Source: Paragordius varius
Lineage: Eukaryota > Animalia > Nematomorpha
NCBI GenBank assembly: GCA_964247055.1
Contig: OZ176052.1
Coordinates: 2,108,001-2,172,000, forward strand
DNA length: 64,000 nt
Direction: 5' to 3'
Shown here: positions 40,501 to 51,200 of the stretch, one piece after another
Position numbering within the stretch: position 1 is the stretch's first letter
How the letters are laid out: each line of letters opens with the position of its first letter
Position numbers and translations under genes: made by a program
Notes under the pieces: generated by a model
The model's input: only the letters and a program-made list of their open reading frames with translations
Databases searched by the model: none
What the model was told of the DNA's origin: nothing

Positions 40501-43500
40501 TATTAGCTTCTAAGTTTTATGGTTTGTTAAGTTTTTAAATTTAATTACAAAAAAAACCTTCAAATATTTTAGGATCTAATGATTCATGATTCGAATAAAC
40601 GAGAGAATTTGTTTTATCATGGACGTGATGTGATTTCATTATAGTTGGGATTGTTTTAGGCGACGCGTTAGAAATATCATCCTTTTCATTTATATAAATT
40701 TTGTCCTTTTCAGACATGTTAGGTTGATTGGTTTCCGAGTTTTTAACTGAGCTCATTTTACCAATCGTTCTACGGGCATATCTAAATTTATAATTGTTAC
40801 GGTGTTACACGCAAATTCTAAATATATACTTTGGTTGTATATCATAATTTTCTGTGAGATTTGAATTGTCTTATTTTGATATTTTTTTGTATTAAGTAAA
40901 TATTATATCCTTTGTTACTCGAAATTTTATGGTTAGAATGCAAATTATGATCACCTAAAAATAGTATATATAAAGCACAAAAAACCGAATAAACATCATT
41001 TCAAGTTTACGTTTTATACCCTTGTTACCTTTCTAACATCTGGTGGCCAAGACGAGTAACAAAAAAATATAAAAATAAGACAATTCAAATCTCACAGAAA
41101 ATTATGATATACAACCAGAGTATATATTTTAAATTTGCATGTAACATTACTTCACCCTTAGGCGAAATAATACTAGTTTGAATGAGAACATCATGTGTTG
41201 GGTGAGTCACGAATCATTTGCATAAGGTACATCATAGTTTGAAGGATAACATGTGTTGTGTGTGCCGACGGATCATTTGATCTATGGCTCACGCCATCCA
41301 TTTCTTGCTAAACTGGTCCAGTCGCACTGAAATACTATCGGCGCTGTGAGGAATCTGAACGGTATCCTTTTATAACGGAAACATCCTCTTAGCGTTGAAA
41401 TCGTACAGGGTGTAGCGTCTCTTTAGCTCGGCCTGGGGAGGTAGGCGTCTTACAGATCAATCTTGTTAAAAGCTTCTTGCGGTGAAATATTATAACTTTT
41501 GATTTTTCTATACTTGCCATTTAGGGTGCCCACTAACCTTTCTACCATCCCATTACTTTTAGGATGATAGGGGGTTACCCTCACGTGTTAATTCCCAAGT
41601 TTGTTATAGTGGTTGTTAAGTACGAAATATTGAAATAAGAAGCGTTATCACTTATTACCGTCCTCGGAAACCCAAACCTGACAACGGTTTCCTCGAGTTT
41701 GTGCAATATGTTTACCGAATTAACCCGTTTAAACATGAACCCTTCTGACTATTTTGATAAGCTATCAATCACCAACAACCAAAAATACCCGTCAACTGGT
41801 CCCGCTATATCGATGTGTAAACGCTCCCATATCGCAGCATTTGGATCCCATTGATAAGTGGGATTTTCACCTAGGCTTGGCTTGTTTCCTTAAGCTAAAT
41901 TGGCTGTACCTTCTTACCAAATCGTTCTCTAATTTTGGCCAAAAACAGGTAAACCTTGCCATTGCTTTCATCGTTTCTACATTATTACTGTGTAAATAAT
42001 TGACAACATTCGCCTGTAAGCTTTCTGGGATGATTATTCGATCGTTCAAACTTAGCAATCCATATTGGTACGAAATTTCTCCTTTCCGGTTCGTAAACCC
42101 AGCCAACTCAACATCACTCCAATCTTGATTATGAATAGCCTTGATTAACTTCTGCAACATTTTATCCTTAACTGTCTCTCTCCGGATCTCATCTCGACTT
42201 AAATGAACATTATGACAATTTAGGAACCTAAGATGTCTCGTTACCATGTAATCTCTATCAATTGTGTCAGTATTATCTTCACCGGGACATCTTGACAAGT
42301 AATCGGCTCTATTTTTCGGACCCGCCTGATACCTTAATTCAAAATCATAATCATTAAGACGGTTAACCCATCTTAAAACTTTCGAATTCTGAATTTCTTT
42401 CAAATTTCTATCCATATTTATTAACCTAACCAGTGGTAAGTGGTCTGTCAAAATTGCGGACAAGCTTTTAACAAGATTGATCTGTAAGACGCCTACCTCC
42501 CCAGGCCGAGGATACATCCTCTATGATTTCAACGCTAAGAGGATGTTTCTGTTACAAAAGGATACCGTTCAGATTCCCCACAGAGCCGATAGTATTTCAG
42601 TGCAATTGGACCAGTTTAACAAGAAATGGTCCAGGATGGCGTGAGCCATAGATCAAATGATTCGTCGACAAACCCAACACATGATGTTCTCATTTAAACT
42701 AGTATTATTTCGCCTAAGGGTGAAATAATGTTACATGCAAATTTGAAATATATACTTTGGTTGTATATCATAATTTTCTGTGAGATTTGAATTGTCTTAT
42801 TTTTATATTTTTTTTGTACTAGGTAAGTATTATATCCTTTGTTACTCGAAATTTTATGATTAGAATGCAAATTATGATCACCTAAAAATAATATAGATAA
42901 AGCACAAAAAACCGAATAAACATCATTTCAAGTTTACGTTTTATACCCTTGTTACCTTTCTAACATACGGTAAAAATTGAAATTATACGGACAAAACGTA
43001 AAAATGTAAAGACAAATATTTTTTTATAAAAGACAACCATACTTTTCAATCATTATTTCTTATATAAATTATTTAATTACAATCTTAAGTAACATAATGT
43101 GTGACTACACATCTCTATATCATACCAAATATTGACTTAAAAAATTATATTTTTGATAAAATTAAGATAATATAACAGTGATTACCAGCTGTGTAATGAA
43201 GAAATAATGGATTAATAACCCAAAAATGTATATTCTATCGAATAATGCATCCTAACAAAGTGTTTACAAAAACTAATGCATATATAACCTATTAAACGTC
43301 AAAAAACATAATTTCTATTATATTATGAACCTTAATTTTTCAAGCGCTTCTAGGTTACGTAATATTTCAGGTCTTTTATTTTCACATTCATCGCTATTTC
43401 CATTATCCCTTTGCTGCATATTATTATCATCAAATTTATTTGCAAACTTATCTTTCAGAGGTGTAAATTCAGGCGTTTTATTAGTCACTAAGATTTCGGG

Positions 43501-45187
43501 TTGCGATTGACCGCGAAAATATCCATTAGTTAAGCATTTCACTGTATCCAACAAAAGGGATTTAGGATGAATTAAATCAACCTATTATAAGATATGATCA
43601 ACATATTCACCTTCTTACATTAAAAATATTAACCATTTCTAAAATATTTGGATTGATAAGGCAAAAATATTATCATGAAAAATATGAATTGATAAAATAG
43701 ATAGTTTTTAATGTTGATATTTATCGTAAAATGCATATATGCAATTGTTGAATTTTAAACAGTCGGTTAAATTTTTTTGAAACTTTAAGGGTTATAAAAA
43801 ATATTTTTTAAATTTAAAACAATAATAATATATTTTATAAGAACTAACAAATTTTTCCAATCAATTAATATATATATATATATATAATTTATGAAAACAA
43901 ATCAATACTATAATTATTAATAAATGATCACTACAAATAAAAGCTAAACTTTCCTCTTACAGAAAAGAAATCTCGATTTCGTAAACTGTATAATATAATT
44001 AATTTTTAATAGAAAAATATCGAACATTGGATAAAATCTAAACAAGGTTATTAGTAACTAAAATTTTTCAAACAATAATTATAATCACATTATATAATAC
44101 TCTGATCTAATATTCTACCTTGTTTAGAATTAGTATCGATTTTTTATCCTTATTTTGTTCAAGAATATCCAGAGTTAAAAGATCTAATTTATGTCGAGTC
44201 CATATATTTGATGCATCCACTACCACACAAACTAAAATAATTCATTTCTTAATATATTAAGAAATTATTCCAATCAATAAAACAATTTTTTGACTTAAAT
44301 AAAGGAAAGAAAAAGGTGAAAATACATATATTTTTCGTTTTTTCTTAATTTTGACAAAAAGAATTGTTCTTTACCGTAAAAAAAGTATTTATGACAAAAT
44401 CAAATATTTTATATTGGTATGTTTATAAATCAAACATAATATTTTATTCATTCCGTATAGTCTAGATATACTTTTAATGATTAAAGAAGCATATAAAAAA
44501 TTTGGTATTCTAAAGAAAATAGCGCATAAAATGTTAAAAAAACTTTGTGAAAAACTATATTATCTATTATTTTTATTAAATTTTTAACAGTTATAATACC
44601 AAAATTTTTTAATATATATAGAATGACTTTCAGTAAAAAATAATTAAATTATCCATGATTTTATTTAATTTAAAAAATATTTACTGATATCGGCATCTTT
44701 TGCAGCGGTTTGCGGAAGGGTGGACATTTCAATATCAAGATTATGCCTATGCATTAATCCAAATAGTACTTTTTGCAATGCTTTTTGTTAACAAGGCCTG
44801 GTGTATCGTAAAAAGCTAATTGGATATCCTCATTGGTAAAAACTGAAACAATGTTTTTTCGGGTTGTGTGAACTTTTCTGGATTCGGATAAGACCTATAT
44901 AATAAATTAAAAATCGTATACCCTCCAATTCATAAGCTTATTTATTAAAGTAGATTTTCCCGAATTGGGTAAACCAATAATTGACACCTTAAGAAATTTT
45001 GCTTGATCAAATTGTTCTGGTGGAAGTTTTGACAAATATAATTGTTCATCTAAAAGTTATATGAATCGAAACTTTTAGTTTTTGGAATGGATTTCGTTAA
45101 AATTTCCTTATTTATGGTTTGACACTGGACGGAAGAATAGTTTTTAAAAATATTTGGAAAAATAATTTTCCATGCTTTTTGAAGCAT
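37592..45187 (-). CDS. ERAL1: Mitochondrial Era-like GTPase, 11 exons, about 499 aa
   Basis: Exons: 45073-45187, 44922-45049 (G1 GLPNSGKST), 44770-44894 (HTTR, DTPG), 44685-44746, 44119-44231 (..ILNK), 43331-43581 (VD..), 40558-40781, 39675-39793 (WPNF..VSAL), 38784-38933 (WKYNSQYVTDQQPEQIV..QELLNHL..IPY), 38067-38147, 37592-37723 (KIIIGPSGERI..LMDTFRCDV; KH domain). All phases are consistent and the exons total 1500 nt. Confidence 0.92.
38535..38700. mobile_element. MITE family B, truncated copy
   Basis: TA|cagtaaaaattgagattttacggacaaaacgtaaaaagacaaatat; the right arm is missing. Confidence 0.65.
39045..39329. mobile_element. MITE family B copy
   Basis: aagtaaaaaatgaaattatatggacaaaacg...gtttgtccgtataatttcagattttactg|TA. 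Confidence 0.8.
40179..40469. mobile_element. MITE family B copy
   Basis: cagtaaaaattcaaattatacggacaaaacgtaaaatataaagacaaata...tttgtctttatatttttacgttttgtccgtataatttcatcaatttttactg. Confidence 0.85.
40803..41038 (+). repeat. 5' LTR (236 bp)
   Basis: tgttacacgc...ctttctaaca; direct repeat of 42729-42965. Confidence 0.9.
41470..42462 (-). pseudogene. Gypsy pol fragment (RNase H end, linker, integrase), inverted relative to the LTRs
   Basis: ILTDHLPL, LRWVNRLNDYDFELRYQAGPKNRADYLSR, FWPKLENDL, WERLHIDIAGP, VISDNA and PYHPKSNGMVER on the minus strand, with stops and frameshifts. Confidence 0.88.
42729..42965 (+). repeat. 3' LTR (237 bp)
   Basis: tgttacatgc...ctttctaaca. Confidence 0.9.
42968..43050. 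mobile_element. MITE family B left arm, at whose terminus the LTR element inserted
   Basis: cggtaaaaattgaaattatacggacaaaacgtaaaaatgtaaagacaaata follows the TSD directly. Confidence 0.65.
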
Positions 45188-45278
45188 GTTTTTGCTGTCT
45201 GGTTTGCCTTAAGTCATAAATTCAGATGTGAATTGCGTATGACTTAAATATCAAAAATTATTTTTCAATTTTGCGATT
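45188..45278. promoter_or_regulatory. Putative 91-bp bidirectional promoter with a palindromic core
   Basis: Lies between the divergent ATGs of ERAL1 (45187) and the SLC38A10-like gene (45279). Inverted repeat ttaagtcata (45209-45218) / tatgacttaa (45238-45247), with an inner aattc/gaatt pair. Confidence 0.65.
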
Positions 45279-48200
45279 ATGGTCGATATAGATACCTCTC
45301 AAACCATTGTATTAGGCAATAGCATTATTGGTGTTAGCATATTAGCACTTCCATTTGCCTTTCAAAAAGTTTTTTTGTTATAAACTTTTGTAGTGTGGTA
45401 TTTTATTGGCCATCCTAATCTTTCTGATTGCTTGTTGGATAAATAAATCATCATGCCGGTTACTCATTCGATCTGCTGTGTTAACCAAAACAAATTCTTA
45501 CGAAGATGCATGTTAGATTTATATGTATAACTTAATTTTTAGCGAGTATAATATTGGGCTTTTCTGGATGCGTTATAACACAAATTAGGTATATTTTGAA
45601 TATATACAAAAATATAAACAGTTTAATCCTTTTCCTGTTTGGTATTTGTTCGGCTTACTTGATAGTTATTGGAGATTTGGTTCCCGAAGTTTTTTGTCGC
45701 ATGTTTGGATTACAAGTTTTTGATTATTTTAAAATTTTAGGATCCAAAAAGTACCAGAACATGGGTACTTTTATTTTTCTGTTCGGTTGTGATATTACCT
45801 CTTAGTTTTACGAACCGGATAGAACGAATGAATCGTGCCTCAACCCTATGTGTCATATTCTATATCCTTTTTACCCTTAAAGTATAATTATCATAATGCT
45901 TAAATATATTTTGCGAATATTTTTATACATCAAATATGCATTTAATTCTCATTTTTTATTGTTATTTCATAATATGATTTTAACAGAGTTCATTACTCAA
46001 ATCATTAAACCAAAAAAACTATAATATTTTAAGTTTTCTTTATATCATATTTTTTTATGTATAAACTCTATTTCATGATATTCATTGTTTTTTGTTTTAA
46101 ATTGCACATAAAAGGCAATTTTTCAAATTTTAAGAATTAGAGTTTATGTGTTCATATTTTTTTGTTATTCATATTATTTGGCTATAAATTTAAATAATTG
46201 CACTTACAGTCATGTATATGTAGAATTGACAGACGTTTTTAAATGATTATAATTTGTTTTTAATTGTAATGTTTTATATGTCAACTTTCAACATGCGCAT
46301 TTTTTAAGCATTAAAATAATAATAGCTTATTTATTGTAAACAATTAAAAACAAAGTAAAATCAATTATAAACGTATATCTGACAATTCTAAACATACATG
46401 ACTGTAAATTGAACCATTTCACCAGAAAATTGATCCTAAATTTGCAAAAAATATTTTAAGCCTATATCGGAATCAAAATTGCCTTAAAGGTCTTCTCATT
46501 ACAAAAATCTCCATAAGGGACGGGGATCATTATACTGGAATTCAGTGCACTATAATAATATATTATAAGTCCATAAATAAATTTATGTAATTTAGCTATT
46601 AAACGGTATTATTTAATTAATTCTATACATTTTGTGGTTTAAACATAGATTTTCTTTGAGGCATTACCCAAATTGGCTTTTCAACTTGATCAAATATTCT
46701 TCCAATTAACATTTTGGCACACGAAAGGATTATTGAATGCCCTACCTATTATAGCTTTATCCCTAACATGTCAAACGTAATTTAAATTTTTTTGGAATTT
46801 AAAGACTTTATTTTGTTTATTCAGGCGGCAATTGCTAATAATTTGGGTATATTTTCCTAAAAGCTAACTAGTCTGAAGGTATTTTTAAGACCTCATAATG
46901 AGTCAAAAACAATATTGAGCATTATGTTTGATTTTTATACAAATATATCTAAAATAATATCAAATTTTTAACATTTTTTTGACAAAGAAGGGTTATGATG
47001 CGGATCGCTACATATATACCATATACACTTCGAATTCACGCTTGAACAAATCATAAAAATTCAAATTCACCCTTGAACAATTTAAAATAATCTTAAAATA
47101 AATTTGGTTTCTGATATTGAAAATTTCCTATATTAGGCATTTTTTTACAAAATGTAATTTCGTTCAAAATTAAAATAAAACTGAAAAAATAATAAACTAT
47201 ACCGTGGGTAAATATTTCATATTAATGATGAGTTATATTAGCTTAAAAACATATAATTTATTTTTAGGGTGAATTTGAATTGTTCGAGGGTGAATTTGAG
47301 TTGTAAAGGGTATTATTAGTCAATTTGCTGTATATAATAAAATAATTTTTGATTTTTAGACAATTATTTCTGGTATACCAAGCTCTATCACACCCAAACC
47401 AAAAACGAATGGCCCGTATATATAACAATGCCATAGATACATGCACACTTTTATACATATTGGTAATTATACATCCTAATCTAGACTAAATATTACTTTA
47501 ATCCTAATATAAATTTCCATGCGCATATACGCGATTTGCACTTTTGAAAATTACTTTTTTAACATTTGAGATTTAACGGTTACTTAACATCTGTAATTCA
47601 TTTTAAACTAAAATTTTATTTTTGGGTTGTATACTATCACAATTCATATAGTTAGACATCTACCATATTTCTTTTTCATTTTAGATTTTGTATAATTTTT
47701 TTCACATATTCAAAAATTATTGTTTCATATAATATATAAAAAAATAACAGAAATTATTAAAATATTTAAAAAATTTCATGATATTATTTAATACAATTTC
47801 CAAATTCACCCTTGAACAATTCACTTAAAATATGAAATTCTGCTTACAATCAATATAATGCTGAAAAAATAATAAACTATGTCGTAAAAATATATTTCAT
47901 ATTAATGATGAGATATATTATCCCGAAACACATAATTTAGAGTGAATTTGAATTGTTCGAGGGTGATATTGAATTGTAAATGGTATATAAATAATGGATA
48001 ATAACACTAGACAACAAATTTTAACTTTTTTGAACTGCCATTCTTGTAAATTTAATATTTATTTCATTAAAGTACATAATTAGTATATCTGAAAAGAAAA
48101 TTGGTCTAGTATGGAAGAATTTTTTTATATGAGAGGTTATCGATAATTTTTGGCCCCGATTTAACATTAAACTCGAAATTTCGAAAATTAAAAGTTTTAG

Positions 48201-51200
48201 ATATGAAGCCAAGTATTTTATATCATTCGAAAGAGCGCAAAAAACTGCATCTTTTAAATGGTAGTAAGTCATTTAAATCAATCGGATGTAAAAGTTATTT
48301 GGATTTAAATGATCGAAATTTTCAATCCTTAAATAAGTCAAGAATTTTCGCAGACAAACTAATTTGAAAATCATATAAATTATTTATTATAATTATTAGG
48401 GTTATATTAGTATTTAATTTAAAAAAAATGTTTGAAAAAGCTTTTGGTTTGCTTTTTTAATATAAATTATAATTATCATAAATATTTTACCTAGTGGATA
48501 CTAAAATGCATAGTTATAACTGTAAATTTATAACATAATGGCTATAAAAGATCAAAAATACCTTAAACTTTATTTTTATCAATAAAATTTTTAAATTATC
48601 AGCATTATAAAGAAAATAAATTAATATTGATGAGATGGTAGTTTTTAAAAAACAAAAAACTTAAAAATGGCTGTTTTGAGTGACATAAAAGCAATAAAAA
48701 ATGTTTTAATCTAAAAAACTTTCTTGTGTTATTCTTTTTGGACATTCATCACCATCTAAACAAAGTTTGAGCTATTTTCATCCATTAGTTTTAAAAATAT
48801 AATAATTAAAAAAAATGCTCTCGCTTCGCGCGTTTGTCGCTCTTTGTGTCCAATATTAACTGTCGATGTAATACATAATAGTATGCATTTTATAGAGTTT
48901 TTATTACTCTTTCGAATGATATATTACAAATGGGCATTACTTGTATATTTTGAAAGAAAAATATTTTTTAGTAAAATTTTGATAAAGAGGGCGCATAATC
49001 AAAAAAAATCAAATTATACAAAATTCTTCCAACGAGTTATAATTTTTATTTCAGATTTTCTGTTAAAATGATACTAAATATGAGAAAATTCAAAAAACTC
49101 GAATGGCAGAAAATTTGTTGTCCAGTGTAATTAACAATAAGTTTTGAATGATAAAAAAACTGTAAGAAATTATTCCATTAACATGTATATTGTGCAAATC
49201 ATTTTATTTGGAATGTTATTAAAGAGTGTAAATTAAAGTATTTAAATCTAAAATTATATTGTTTTAAGCTTGAATTGTAAAATGTCAATTATAAGCATTA
49301 CTACACCATATCATTCATTTATTCATTTATTAATTAAATAAGGTTGGTTTACTCGGTTACATTGCATTTGCCCCAAAACTCCTCCAAACTACTAACATTA
49401 ATCCCGATATAACAGCACCTTTGAATGGTTTGAAATCTTTGCCACCCCATACTACACTTTTTAACTCTAAACAAGACGATCAAATATTACATAATAATTT
49501 ATTGGAACTAAAAGGTGATATCCTTATAAATTTGAATGCAAACACTCAAAAAAATGTAGCAAATGGTCAATCATCCCTATTCTCTTTACTAATTACGGAT
49601 TTGATAACAATAGGTTTCGCCCTGAGTTGTGCACTGAGTTTTCCACTCTCACTCCTACCCTGCAAACAAACGCTTATGATTCTCTTGAATTGGTCGAATC
49701 AATATCCACCCAATAAAATTACCAAGAATAATGTAATTAAGGTAAGTTTTTTTAGTGGGGTGTGGTTTTAAAAATCTATAATAAGTGATAATTTAAAAGG
49801 TAAAATAATAGAATTCAAAAGGTAATATGATGGAAATTAGAAAGTTTATTAATTGATAGGGTGATCCTAAAATTTTGATCCTTTGATAATTACGAAAAAC
49901 ATAACAGTTTGTTTTTAAGATTTACATTGCTCGAAAAAAATTAAATTTTAAAACATATATAATGCTATATAATAATATATTAAGAATATTATATATTTAA
50001 TATTAATTAAGAATACTGTATTATACTTACATAAATGGAAATTTAGAATTAAATACCTGTTTAATTTTTTTTTAAAAAAACTACTTTTTAATCTATTATA
50101 ATTCAGCGGTGTTCTTAAGTTTACCCATTTTTTTATGCAATATGTATGGCAAAATAGCGTTATTCCTCAATTAATGATATAACAAGCCCCATACATATTA
50201 CGCATGATTCGATGATATCATTGGACGAAGAGGCTAGCCAAAAAATGCCTATATATCAACGAAAGCAACAACCATCCAATGATTATAGTATCAATTCTTT
50301 TCTTATAATTTTTTGTTTTGAAACTTTTTTTTGGGGTGGGGGGGGTCTTTCAATTAATTAAAATGATTTAAACTTAGAAGTGTTGAACACGTGGCCCGCG
50401 AGAAATTTAGATATAAAATTTTACGATCATCATCATGATAAAGGGTAAGCCAAAGATTTTGTACCACAAAGTAATTCATATTCATAATATTTATACTTTG
50501 TGGTAATCTGAGGCGATTTTTTTTACCTAACACATACCCTTGTGTGTACAAATATTGATTTAACTAATCAATAAAAACTGGCCTTTGCCGTTAGCGCATT
50601 TTCATGTCCCAACCAACACCGAGAGGTAGCCATAGGACTTTGCTAATTAAAAAAGTATTTGTAAACAAATATCCTCTGAGAAATATTTCCGAATTTTGGC
50701 AATCAACTTGCAGAAATGTTGACATAAATAGAAGTTTTTACAGTCTTAGTTGTAAATTCTAATAAAATATTCGTTAATGCCCATGTATATTCCAAATGCG
50801 GCCCGTGGAATTTTTTGATTTATAAAAATGCGGGTATCGCAGCCATTTGGACACCCCTGTAATAAGCCTTGCTTAAAAAGGGTTAATTATAAAATAGGCA
50901 ATTATCTAATCAACCATTTAGGTTCAATACTATTTTCTCAGAGTTTGGGCGTAAAATATAACGGACCTTTAAAAAATGACCGTTTTTAGTGTTACGCTCT
51001 ATTTGAAGAATTTTATTTTCTTTTACGCTTTATTTCATAAGTTTTATACTGGCTTCTGGTTTTTAAGTTAAAATTTAAATCATACGGACAAAATGTAAAA
51101 ATATAAAGACAAATATTTTTTCTAAAAGGCAACCACATTTTAATCTTGATTTTTTTAAATATAACTCATCTACAAATTATAATATAGAAATGTAAATTGG

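Larger units (their letters stand above)
40803..42965 (+). mobile_element. Ty3/Gypsy LTR retrotransposon, internally deleted and rearranged, in an ERAL1 intron
   Basis: TG...CA LTRs at 40803-41038 and 42729-42965 (about 11 differences by eye). 5-bp TSD TACGG at 40798-40802 and 42966-42970. PBS-like TGGTGGCCAAGA at 41041. Purine-rich aagggtgaaataa before the 3' LTR. Confidence 0.9.

Noticed and set aside
41867-42517. 216-aa ORF as an intact gene starting MYPRPG
   Set aside because: Its first ~19 codons come from the opposite arm across the AAGCTT inversion junction. The rest is an internal pol fragment.
41053-42848. The inversion as a pure assembly artefact
   Set aside because: The arms differ by substitutions and indels, and the outer TSD and LTR ends are intact, which a collapsed duplicate would not give. 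Long reads are still needed.
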